Origin: Lingula anatina
Taxonomy: Eukaryota > Animalia > Brachiopoda
Direction of reading: 5' to 3'
NCBI GenBank assembly: GCA_051362555.1
Contig: CM120642.1
Coordinates: 806,001 to 870,000, forward strand
DNA length: 64,000 bases
Part shown: one piece after another, positions 47,243-59,020 of the stretch
Layout: each line of letters starts with the position of its first letter
Position numbering within the stretch: the stretch's first letter is position 1
Notes under the pieces: model-generated
Seen by the model: only the letters and a program-made list of their open reading frames with translations
What the model was told of the DNA's origin: nothing
The model's database searches: none
Translations under genes and position numbers: made by a program

Positions 47243-50200
47243 GAGTTGGTAGTTGATAGTAACAGAATCTGTGCTATTGGAGTTTTTGATTCCACCGGCA
47301 ATATAGTTCTTGTAGTGGCATCAGTCTATATGCCATACTTTGAACGCGGTAATGGGTCTAGAACAGAGGAGTATATAGATACTATCGCCTGCCTTCATTC
47401 TCTAATAGAAAAATATGCATCATCTGCGCCCACTGTGCTCTGTGGCGACTTTAATGCCCAGCTGCCCTCAGATAAGGTCATGTGCCCGCGGTGGTACAAG
47501 GACAAACGCTTTAATGACCACAGTCGTATATTACATGACTTCATCCAGGAAAATTGTCTCACACCTGCGGACTTGTTTTTCACCCAGGCGGTTAATTACA
47601 CATACTTTTGTACCCCGAGAGATGTTTACTCATGGATAGACCACATTCTAGTATCAGCGTCAGGCATGGAAGACGTGACCTCATGTAAAATTATAGGCCC
47701 TGATCAGGGGAATTTATCTGACCACTTACCCCTCCGTCTGTGTATTAACATGATAATTAATGGATCCACAACCCCCGAGACCGGTGCGTTCAAACACCAT
47801 ACCCTCAACTGGAACAATGGCTCTAATAATGCAGCATATTGTAAGATAGTAAATGAAAAACTAGTAAAGTTGCCAGTAAAGTTGCAGGCGTTTGAATCGC
47901 TACAGCCTGATGAAATAGAAAACGAGATCAACGGTGCACTGACCGGCCTAAGCAACATTTTCCATGAAGCAGCTAGAGAGGCTGGATGCTCAGTACAAAA
48001 TAAATCTTCATTCAAGCATTGGTGGTGCCCACACCTGAGTCAATTGCGAGAAAAGAAAAAGCTCTGGTGGCATATCTGGACGTCAAATGGCCGCCCTCGG
48101 AAAGGCATAATTTATGACTGCTATAAAAACGCTAAACGTTTGTTCAGAAACTTCTGTCGTTCGTATTCCCAAAACACAATTAATTCTGAAATTAATGAAA
48201 TGAATAATCTATTTTATACCAGGAATAAAAATAGGCTGTGGAAAAAGCTTAGGAGAAGGAACTCTGTAAAGCCAAACTCAAACTTAACTGCTACTCAATT
48301 TGCCAAATTTTATAAAGGGATTATGACGGACAGTGAGGACCTGACCTCAGAGCAAGCTCATATTTCCTCAGCTGTTGAGACGCGCTACAAATCGTTACTT
48401 GGTTCTCAAACTAAAATAACAGTCACTACTCAACAAGTTATGGAAAGCATAAGTCGCCTGAAAAGAAATTGTTCTCCAGGCATCGATGGTGTAACTGCCG
48501 AACATATTGCCTTTGCTAAAAGCGACGTATTATGCGATCTTTTCGCTTGTATTTTCACTGCTATTCTTCGTTACAATATCGTCCCAGTCACCTTTGCGGA
48601 GGGGGTGTTAATCCCCATACTCAAAAAGCCTGGTCTAAACCCAAACCATCCGGAGAACTACCGGCCAATCACTGTCAGCACTACATACTCGAAACTTATC
48701 GAGTCCATAATCCTCCCCAGTGTGGCCTATACCACTGCTGGCACCCAGTTTGGGTTTAAGGAAAGAAGAGGAACGGATGTCGCTTGCAGCTTCTTAAATG
48801 ATATTATGTGCACTGTGAAAGACGGTGACTCGCCTTTGTACATGTGCAGCCTCGACGCCGAAAAATGCTTCGATATGATCTGGCACAACGGGCTATTCTA
48901 TAAACTGTTTGATGTCCTCCCCGATTCACATTGGTTATATGGGGTCAGCGCGCTGTGCCGAGGGTTCGCTGTGCCGAGGGTTCGCTGTGCCGACAAAACC
49001 GGAAAATTGGTCTAAAATCGGCTAAGTTTTTCCGGAGCCCCAAAATCAAAGGTTCGCTATGCCGAAGGTTCGCTGTGCCGAAAGGATCTGGTTCGCTGTG
49101 CCGAGGGTTCGCTGCGCCGAAGAAGTCGGCTACCCATCACCCATTGTGCTTGTTATGTAACGTGACGAGCAGTGGCCTTTTTTTTTTTAATAAACGAGTT
49201 TAAAAAGTTCTCTTCTTCCATCCGTACCATTTGAATTTGTTAAAACTGCGCATTGAAGGTTTATCCTTATGGGCATAAACATCTTAAATCGCTTTAAATA
49301 ATCAGTTCTGTAAGTTAATTTATTAATTATTTTTGGCCCTATGGGCGTCACCCACTTTAGGAAATTACTGAAAAGAAAACATCTTTTTATTTATTTATAA
49401 ATTGTATAAGTGTTTAAGTGCTTCAGTAAGGTGGGGAGGCTCATATAGTGCTAATTTTAAAATTACCCGGGGAACAAGGCAGGGTAGTATTTTATCCCCG
49501 ATCCTTTTTAACATTTTTATTGACGAGCTGCTTAAGGAATTATCCTCTACAAAAGCTGGTGTTTTAATCGGAAATAACTTATACAATAATATTACCTATG
49601 CTGATGACTTAACAATTTTTTCTACAACTGTGACTGGACTTCAAGAGCTGATTAATATCTGTTATGACTTCTCCCTGCGCTGGAGAATGAAATTTAGTCT
49701 CAAAAAATCAAAATGTATGACGGTAGGAAAAGTATTATTAAAAACACCCCCTTCGTGGTTCTTAGGTCGATATCCTATGGAAACGACGGACTCTTTAAAT
49801 ATTCTGGGTATGACCTTTAATAGCAACTGCACGGCGGATGACCACACGGCTGCTAGAATTTGTTCTTCAACCAAGGCGTATTATGGAGCAATGTCGCATG
49901 GGGTGTGCTATAAGGGTCTGGACACAAAACCCAAATCGTATATATGGGGTGCACTGGTGTCCCCCGTCATAACCTATGGAACTAACTCTATCTGTATGTC
50001 TCGTAAAAATATAAAAGACCTGAATACATTACAAAACAAACAGATCACAAGATTCATGGGTTTATCTTCGCGATCTCATACCTCTGCTCTCCTAGAAGCC
50101 TTACATGTTCCGAAAATTAGTTACACTATATCTAGAAATGTGGAATCACTATACCGCAGGGTAATGAGCATTGACACGCCATATCTTACACTTTTAACTC

Positions 50201-50521
50201 ATCAGCTGTCTTATTTTATGCTTAATCGGTCTATAGTGCAGGGGTCGTTGCTCCAGAGGATTGTTTCTTACGGTACGAACCCGATCTTATGTCTGAGTGG
50301 GTCGGGAATCCGGAATGCTGGCCCGGACCTGCATGCACCGGCAGGACTGGTTGATACGCTGAGATTTTTGGTAAACAGCCCCAGCTATCAGAGCAGACTC
50401 TCAAAAGAATATGTGTTGGCGGGACTGCTCTTAAAATCGTTTTAATTACTGTTTTTATTGTATTATTTTACACATTTTTTTTTTACTCATCTTTTAAGGT
50501 GGTTTTAGTAATAAATAAATA
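47243..50521 (+). mobile_element. 5'-truncated non-LTR retrotransposon (APE endonuclease + RT), interrupted at ~48941-49386
   Basis: SVYMP, GDFNA, IDHI, SDHLP endonuclease motifs; PGIDG, NYRPIT, QFGF, LDAEKCFD, GTRQGSILSP, YADD RT motifs; (TAAA)n tail; 13-bp TSD AGTTACTATAAGT. Confidence 0.93.
48941..49386. mobile_element. Insertion in the LINE RT domain with GGTTCGCTGTGCCGA repeats
   Basis: RT breaks after SHWL and resumes at FIYKLYKCLSASVRW; GC-rich repeats 48941-49135 then AT-rich sequence; no clear TSD. Confidence 0.65.
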
Positions 50522-53500
50522 AGTTACTATAAGTAACTGGCTCGCGCTGCCAGTAATTACGCGGCGGGATATTCAGTGCACAGACCGTGATCATAAGACA
50601 TACCGAAAATAGAAAATAGAAAATAGAAAATAGACATTGCATGTGAACGAAGCCTTAGTATGCATACCAATGTAATTAACTGTTACACAACGCCGTTCTC
50701 CCTTGGGCAAAATTTAAGGCTAACATCCCCGTTTCAATTTACCACTTCAGGGAAAGATTCAGAACAGCGCCAATACTAATTAGAGCTTTTAAGCAGATTG
50801 TTGGAAGATTGTGTTAATTCGTTACGTCTAAGCTTTGTCAGGGATTAATTTTTGGTTGGGGTTATGGTTTATGTTTAGTTTAGTTTAGTTTATTTCACTG
50901 TAACATATGCATCCACTTGTGTGGATGAAAATGACAATATGAATACAATTTATGTGTCGATTATAATTGGAATGCCTTTGATAATTTTATAACCAAGAAT
51001 TATGGAATAAAATACTGTAATTTGCTATGTTTTATAATTATGTGTGAGGACTCGCACCAGACAAGAGCATTTAATTTTGGTTGGTCCTTAAGGGCTTGCA
51101 TTCGACCGGCGGCAGAGTTGTGAATCAATCTACAGTATATTATTTTCAGTTTATATAAAAGTTACCTAAGTCCTGCATAACGCTATCTAAAAAATTGGTC
51201 ACTTTATGACCTTTTAAAGCACCGCTACAGATGTAGACACTCCAACCCAATTAAGTTCGATGTGAGAAAACTTTCAACAAAAAGTGATAATGTGAGCCAC
51301 ATATATTAAGATAAATATCGGAATAAAAATATGACACGTTCCATTAATTTTCACTGGCTTATGATATTGTACCCTCTTATAGGGAAAGCCGTCAGCAGTT
51401 ATTTAAAGTAATGTGAAACATTCATAAAAACGTTATGCAAAACGTGAGCGGTTGGGATAAGTTAATTTACGCTCTCATTTTTCATATGAAAAAAAAAAAT
51501 GAATATTCATTACAAGAGTTCAGGGTGGGAGGGGGGCATAAGGGCATAGCAACTAAATTATGTTATGAAATAACGATTTGACATTTAAAAAAAGTCAAGT
51601 TGAACCTTTCTACTGATATAGTTTATCATGGTTCGATTAAGAAGATATATACCCCCCCCCCCCCCCCCCCCCCCCCCGCCCACACTTATTTCAACCTGTA
51701 AGATTGGAAAGTCGGTAGTCTGGCTCGGGCAATAAAATCTTACTATCTCCACATCTGGTTTCTATCAAGCGCGTTCAGAGCTTCAGAGCTTAGGACAAAC
51801 ATATTGCTCCTCGGGCCAGGAAATCTGGAGAGGGGGAGTAGAGGAACATGTCTTCTCAATATGGAAATCTATATATTTTTGGTAATTTCCTTTGTAACAT
51901 TTACGAACACTGTAAAATACCCTTTCTCAAATTAATATAATGTTCACACATTTCTGTAAATATCCTGAATTGAAATACTAATTTTAAATGTCAGATTTAT
52001 GACGAGGGAGAGAGAGGTCAAGACATTCTGTAAATGTCCCGAACTAGGGGAGAGTGTTATAAACTAAACACATCTTGGCAATAACCCGTAGCCAGTTAGA
52101 CTGCTGAGTGGTTTACTTATTATGATCAACATTATTGTTTATATTTTTATTAATATCAAACAATTTTACTGTTTGCAGGTATACCTGTTTGGAACCTGTA
52201 CTCTGCGCCATATAATAGCAATGGTGCAAAGTAGTGATATTGTAAAATCCTGCAATAAAATTTTCTTCAAATATTAAATTTTATTAAATGGTTGAATACA
52301 ACATTAGTAATAGAACAGTAATAGAATTCAGTATAATGATACTGAATTGTTGTAAAGACATATAGGAAGCAGGGTTACCATATATGCTCGGAATTTTGTC
52401 GGAGAGGGAAATTTTTCGAGTTTGTTCACTGTCCTGTGAAGCCATATTTTGTAGCCTGAGATGCCGTATCCGTTACTTCGTGACCTGACCTGTCAAAAGC
52501 ACGTCTGGGCGCTCTTTTCATCTTTCAATTCTTCCACATTAATCAAGATACGGAGTATCAATTACAAGTGCCCGGGGAGGGGGGGGGGGAGGAAGAGGGA
52601 GGATGAAGGGAATAAATAACTATAAGTAGTATCCTTGCGACACAAGGTTACTCTGCAATTTATATCTTTCCATTTATGCTGTGAAATAATAGCCAGGTAG
52701 TCCGTTGATCTCGCGAATCAACCAAATGACCGTTAGTTGAGTTGCTTAACTGCAAGTAATTAATCCCCTCCCCTCCCCCGAAAGTCATACTGGCAGGTTT
52801 CCAAATGAAGACTATACCGCAGAAAAAGTTTGGGGCCCAAAAGAGAGTCAGCCAAGGACACGTTTGGGGAACACGTTAGAACACGGCATGATGGACATTA
52901 ACAGGTGTAGGACCAGAACAGAGCCTCTGGTAAACAGTTTAGAACCAAGGGACCGAACTTTATTTGAGGACCAGAAATGAGGCTTTACATACGTGATCAT
53001 TGACTGATAGAGAAAACATCAGTGTCTCTTAGTGCTGATAATGTGCATGTCATTATAAAAAATTTACATTTCTTTTATATGGACATTGTTTTACATTGAA
53101 CTCCTCACAAAATTAGATTTTTTTTCTGTAGAATCCTAAAGTAAGTTTAGATATATGAAACATTTAGCAAAATGCTCAGACTTTTGCTATGAGTTATATG
53201 CCCACTCCCACCCCATTACACTTATCCAGAGGATTTTAATAAGAGTTTTAAGAGAATTCAATAAAGTACAATAGCTTCACAATCCATATTAAGGTCTGAC
53301 AGGTGTTAGCAGTGCCTTAGGGCAGTGAGAAGGTAGTGGCCATAGTTTGAATTTGATCACGTCAATTTCTGTAAAGTTTCTCTAATCACGGTTCAGTGAT
53401 TGATGTGACGGGTATCAGCTAGTGATATCTAATATGGCTGCATTGTTTCCGCCCCTCCTTGATACGGATCTGATAAAACTTGTCCATTGTTCATAATTCC

Positions 53501-54500
53501 ATCATGTGTTTGTCAGCTGATAACTTCAGAGAATAAACCTTAATTAATGGAGAATTACAGTTATTAACTTTTAAAGTGGTTTTATCTCTTCTTTGTACGT
53601 GATAATATTAAAAAACATACTTTACTTGGGTTGTTCAGACTAGTAGTTGAAATTCAGGTTAATATTGAAAGGAAATGTAACTAAGATGGATGATTACATT
53701 AATTGATTATGCAATAAATTCTAACAAACTTGAAATATTTTGTTAAAAATAATTATTCCTCAGTACTCACTCATTCTCAACATACATATATATTTGAAGA
53801 AGAAAGAAAAGTGAAAAATGAGGTTAAAGATACATTCACAAATTTCACATCTTTTATCTCTATTGACAGAAGGAGATAAATCTGGCTTTTTGTGTAAATC
53901 ACTGAATATTTCAAAATTCATGTCTTGCTAGTATGGGGAATTTTCATGTACGTTGGGTAACAAAGGTTTCAGCCTATTTTAGTTTTAAAAATAACATTTC
54001 TTTCAAATAATATTAAGGCATAAATACTAACAGAAATAAGACTGTGCTAAAGGGGTTTTACAACATGTACGTTTATTTTACAAATGCATTTTGTCCTCAG
54101 CCTCAAGTATATTTTCCACAATGCCTTGTTACTAAGGTTTTGCAAATTTCTATATGAGATAGCAGTTTTGGCATTGTATAGTGTGAAGCATCTGTCTGTG
54201 CAATGTCACCATATCGTCTAGCTAATAATGAATGTAACTAAATTTAGTATTTTATTAATGACCAAAATATTACAAAACAACTAATAAAAACCTGAGACAA
54301 AAGATACATCTAAAGTTTTTTTTTCCCATTTTTAAAAACACCAACACATTGGAAAGTAGCCAGATGCTCTTTATTAAGTAATTTAAAACAAATATTCTAG
54401 CCATTTTCTACTTTAGCAAAAATAAACTAGATTGAATTGAGAATTGACAGTAACATAGGTTTGAAATTTAGTTGTGTTTTTTGTGTGGAGTCAGTACATG

Positions 54501-54674
54501 GGGGCCGTAGCAATAGTCCGAAGGTTCAATAGTCCGAAGGTTCATTGGTCCGAATGTTCACTATAGAACCTTCGGACCAATGAACCCTTGATTAAAAAAT
54601 CGATAAAAATGCTACCACTTTTCGGACCAATGAACCTTCGGACCAATGAACCTTCGGACTATCGAGACGCCCCC
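54501..54674. mobile_element. Non-autonomous DNA element with GGTTCA(A/T)T(A/G)GTCCGAA subterminal repeats and 8-bp TSD
   Basis: AGTACATG|GGGGCCGTAG ... GAGACGCCCCC|AGTACATG; second copy at 57694-57812. Confidence 0.85.
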
Positions 54675-54728
54675 AGTACATGTATGTCAATCGTGTTAAG
54701 ACTTGTTCATCTATGTGTTTAGGACTAA

Positions 54729-54809
54729 GACCCCATTCCAACAGATTTTAGATCGATCTATCCCTGTAGGGAGCCGGATGGATCGATTTAAATCTCTGGG
54801 AATGCACTC
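54729..54809. mobile_element. 81-bp Harbinger-type MITE (family A, short form), TAA TSD
   Basis: TAA|GACCCCATTCC ... GGGAATGCACTC|TAA; empty site GAGGACTAACATATCTG at 38641. Confidence 0.85.
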
Positions 54810-56750
54810 TAACATATCTGAGGTGGAAGGTTGAACGTGAAACAGATCAAGATCAACTGGTGCAAATTTCTTTTGCTGGAGACGAGTGGTTAATGCAGTA
54901 GTTGAGATCATGCATTCATTGAAATGGGAGGATTGTTGAATGCAATCTATGTCATCTATGGGCTCCAACTTAGCATGGACTCGTGCTAGATGCAGATTTT
55001 ATATAGGTTTCTGTGCATTTTTTGTTTAATTGTGATATCAGAATATTCTGGTAATGATGTAGGAGGAATTTTGAATTTAGTGGTATAAAACTTAACATAT
55101 AAAAAAGGAAATTTGCTGATACAGTCAAAAAATTGAAGTAAAACAAATTGTGTAATCTTTGGGATAAAATGTAAGAAGCTCTGCTCACACTAGCATACAA
55201 ATTTTCTGAAAGACTAAATTTGATATGGATATATAACCAAATATTTTATACACAAACACTGTATATGTTTGCATATATTTTATATATAAATTATAAACAA
55301 TGGTGTGCTATCTCATTACTGCTGGACAATTCTGTTGTCTTTTTGATAGGGCAGGGTTTTTTTAAGTTCTTGCATTATCTATAAGAATTCAAATTAACTG
55401 AGAAAAATTAATTGGATTTTCATTTTACTTTACTGTTTTTGTGAAAGGTGGCCAGATAATTTTTAAGAAAATATATTTCAGGGTTGCTCCATAATTACCA
55501 AATGGTAATTGCAGCAGGGTATAAATATAACAGTATTCAGGTAGATAGATCCAGAACTTTTCTAGTATGCCTGTATTAGGGAGGTAAAGTCATTCTAAAT
55601 ATAACACTACAACTTAGGGAAAGTGGGGTAGAGTTATATAAAACGTTTGTTATTATTGACCAGTCCATAGGTAACCAGTGACAGGGAGACAGGTCAGTTG
55701 GGGGGGAGGGGGGGGGGGGGGGGGAAGGGGGGATATTACCGAGTACATCTTACCCCTTTATTTTTAAGAAAAAGATTTCAAATGGATCTAAGGAAGACTA
55801 GTTAGAAAATAAATGAAGCTGTATATCAGAGAGAGAGTAGTAGCTCTGGAATTGGTTAGGAGAGCAAAATGGAGAAATTATTTCATTGTGAAAACTATAT
55901 ACATCTTTTAATCATCTGGACTCATCATATGATGGAATTATAAACTATGGACAAGTTTTATCAGATCTGTGTCAAGGAGGGGCGGAAACTTTGCAAACAT
56001 ATTAAATATCATAGTGCAGTCTGAGGAGAGACCGAGACAAATTGGATCCATAGACTGATTTTTAATTATGACTTAAATATGGGTTGTAAATTTATACATT
56101 CTACTTTTACTTTAACATTCAATTCAAAAATAGAATCATGAAAAATTTTAGAAAAAAATTCTCAAGGAATTCAATGTAAAGCACTATCTACATATATACA
56201 GTGCTCATGTAATGTCAAGATGTCAGAGTAACACAATGTTAACTAAAACACTTTATAATAATTAAAAGACGCTGATGTTCTTTGTATCAGTATATTGGGT
56301 CATATCAGCAGGAGCAGCTGTTCCCCTCTTTGCTGACCATTTGTACTCATAAGTTATTAGAATCAAAAAATGATTGATAACCTCCTTGTATATCATGATA
56401 AAAAGAGATCAGCTATGTAACACCTGTTAGTTCATTATACACAGTGGAATGCCTAATTGTAGTTTCTTAATAGGTTTCCTTCAAGTCAATAGCCACATCT
56501 GACTTCTATTGTATAACAATATGAAAAATGTCAACACCATTTATTGTAAATACTTGAATGTCTAAACTTGGCTGCCATCTTATCGCAAGTACTGGAATGT
56601 CCTAACTTCACCAGCTTCATCTGTCACCACCAGCTGGCCAGCAGGGTTGATGGCTACTGTCATGGGACACCATAACCCATCTTCCTCAGTGGCAATGTTT
56701 GTGATGAACTGTGCCTGTGGACTCAGTGCCACTATCCTGCAGTTATAATA

Positions 56751-56968
56751 CACCCCATTTCCATAGATTAGATCGACCTACTTTAGATCGACCTAACTCC
56801 CTGGGGGTTCACGCTAAATAGCTGTCAGCCGGGCGGACACGAAAGTTAATTATCCCCTGACAGCTTGTAGTAGGCGGGACGGACACTTAAGGGGGATTAT
56901 CTGACAGTAATCTAGTGAGACTCCCCGCGGTGATAGCTAGATCGATCTAAAGTTGTGGGAATAGACCC
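56751..56968. mobile_element. Harbinger-type MITE (family A) inserted in TRIM copy 4, ATA TSD
   Basis: ATA|CACCCCATTTCCA ... TGGGAATAGACCC|ATA; splits the IADY/YNCRIVALS coding stretch. Confidence 0.85.
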
Positions 56969-57693
56969 ATAGTCAGCAATGAAGATGTGACCATAGCTGT
57001 CTGTGCACACTCCATGTGGATAACTCAGCTTACCATCATCTTTACCTTTTGTGCCATATGTGCCATATTGGTACAGCTGGTTGCCAGTAGGTGACAGCAC
57101 ATGTACAGAGTTACTGCCCCAGTCTGATATCACAATGTTAATTATCATTCACACTGTTCACTGTGATATAAATGGGGTCTTCACACATACTAAGTGGAAT
57201 AGTGTTCAGAAGCTGTCCACTGTATGCGTGGAATGTGAAGATGGATTTGTTTGAACTGTCACAAACCATCACATGACCTTGTCTGTTCAGTGTAATACCC
57301 CATGGTAACTCCAGTAGACCCTGACCCATGGTTGTTAGGTGCTGACCCCTGGTGGAGTACACATGGACACATTTGTCACCCCGTGATGTTATATACAGGT
57401 GACCAGTCTGTGACACAGTCACATCAAATAGACTGTTTACTTTAAAGTCAAACTTGAATTGTCCTTTATGTGTGAATACCGCTGTTTTTTCACTAGCTCT
57501 ATTCACAATATAAATGTGTTGTTCATCTATGGCCAACCCAGTTATGTGCATGATTTTATTGTCTTTCAGTCCAGGACAGAAGTTGTTCACATATTTTGCC
57601 TTTTCTAAGAAAATGGGAGAATGTGATGCTGATCTTGGATTCGGTAGATTTTCCTCCAGTCTACAAGTTCTAGGAGGTTGTGACTGTACTGTC

Positions 57694-57812
57694 TGGGCCG
57701 TAGCAATAGTCCGAAGGTTCAATAGTCCGAACGTTCATTGGTCTGAATGTTACCACTTTTCGGACCAATGAACCTTCGGACCAATGAACCTTCGGACTAT
57801 CGAGAAGCCCCC
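57694..57812. mobile_element. Second 8-bp-TSD subterminal-repeat element, inserted in TRIM copy 4
   Basis: GTACTGTC|TGGGCCGTAG ... GAAGCCCCC|GTTCTGTC; copies 2 and 3 have a single GTACTGTC. Confidence 0.88.
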
Positions 57813-58089
57813 GTTCTGTCACCTGACCTAACATGGCTTCCAGCCCAGCAGCAGATATCTCACCAGGGGTGTAGGATATCTGTGCTGGTGTGTCTGGAGT
57901 TGGGACTGGTATTTTCTCCATTGCTAACAGTCTCTCTGTCAGAGCTTTAGTATGAATCATGATGTCAGAGTCTAAACCATTTCTTATTAGTTCCTGAACA
58001 AAATTGCAAGCACTCTGCAAGGAAGCATGGTGAAGTTCAAGGATGTCCTTGTTGGCCTCCTTCTGCTTTTTTCTAATATATCTCCTACA

Positions 58090-59020
58090 TGGCATGTTTG
58101 AACAGAGATTGAAAACTGTGTTTAGTCACAACTAAGCTGGTGTAGTCAAAAAGTTATTATTTATGATAGATCCACATATTTGATTAACCTGTTGACTGTT
58201 TTGTTTGTTAATTCACTCTGACAGACCACTGTATTAATTAATTATACCTGGGCTCCGTTTCTCGAAAGGTTCGCTATGTTGCGCACGTGCGCAAGTGTCT
58301 CGATTCCATGGTCCCGTATCTCGAAATAGAATCGGTTATCGAGTGGAACTGATATGGAATCGAGACACTAACGTACGTGCGCAACATAGCGAACCTTTCG
58401 AGATACGGAGCCCTGGTCACCTCTGTATTACCTGGTTCTATCATAAATGGAAACTTTCTGACTATCAAAACTGAGATCCAATGGAACTATTTTCACATTT
58501 AGCTGGTGATGATCTAATTGAATACAATATTATAGTAAAAAAATCTCTGCAGAGATTTTGTGTAGGCCTACGCTCGAGTTAATGCTGCTAAACTATAAAG
58601 CTGTGAACATTGACTGCATTTTATTGAGAATCCCCCAGAGATGGATCAATCCAGCTAGTATGATATCTGAATCTGTTAAATGTTCCCTAACAAACTCATT
58701 AAAAAATGAAAAAAAAGGTAGAGACCTATTCAGATTCAGTTGATCCACAGACCAACAAGTCCACTGATCAAATATCCATGGTATGTACTTGAAAGCATAT
58801 GCCCTATAATCCCTTAACATGAATGTAACTGATTCCCATGTGTATAGTCCAAGCAGGGACACATCTATCAAATCTAGCCAAGGTTCCAAGGGGAAGCCAT
58901 ACATGTATTTGATCCACAGATATCTTAGTCCGCAGATCAATTTGGTTGGAAATTGGGCAGTTTTTTTTATCCCCCTGATCATTGTAAGGGGGGCTGGGGG
59001 CATATTGTAAAAGAGCTCAA
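58090..59020 (-). mobile_element. Decayed L1/Tx1-like ORF2 remnant replacing the 5' part of TRIM copy 4
   Basis: Frameshifted YNDQG(G)-KLPNF...KISWIK-like motif at ~58990-58900; many stops. Confidence 0.35.
58251..58412. mobile_element. Harbinger-type MITE with CTG TSD
   Basis: CTG|GGCTCCGTTTCTCGAAAGGTTCGCTATGTTGCGCACGT ... ACGTGCGCAACATAGCGAACCTTTCGAGATACGGAGCC|CTG. Confidence 0.88.

Larger units (their letters stand above)
47120..50655. mobile_element. Palindromic MITE (arms 47120-47242 and 50522-50655) split at its centre by a LINE
   Basis: TA|AGGCTTCGTTCACATGCAATG ... CATTGCATGTGAACGAAGCCT|TA; arms are reverse complements over ~120 bp. Confidence 0.88.
45505..52994. mobile_element. 7.5-kb element bounded by ~150-165-bp inverted repeats, with nested insertions and no visible transposase
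   Basis: 45505-45655 is the reverse complement of 52844-52994 with few mismatches; no TSD found. Confidence 0.7.
56541..58085 (-). pseudogene. TRIM-NHL copy 4 pseudogene (lacks RING/B-box; two MITE insertions; frameshift; duplicated C-terminal end)
   Basis: Fragments 57670-58095, 57138-57722, 56912-57148 and 56580-56750 match coiled-coil and NHL parts of copies 1-3. Confidence 0.92.

Noticed and set aside
47243-50445. RT next to variable TRIM copies as a diversity-generating retroelement
   Set aside because: The RT is an interrupted APE-type LINE, there is no template/variable repeat pair, and differences between copies are not adenine-restricted
47120-50655. New class of TIR-bounded retroelement
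   Set aside because: A 13-bp TSD and (TAAA)n tail inside the arms show an ordinary LINE inserted into a pre-existing MITE; kept only as a composite
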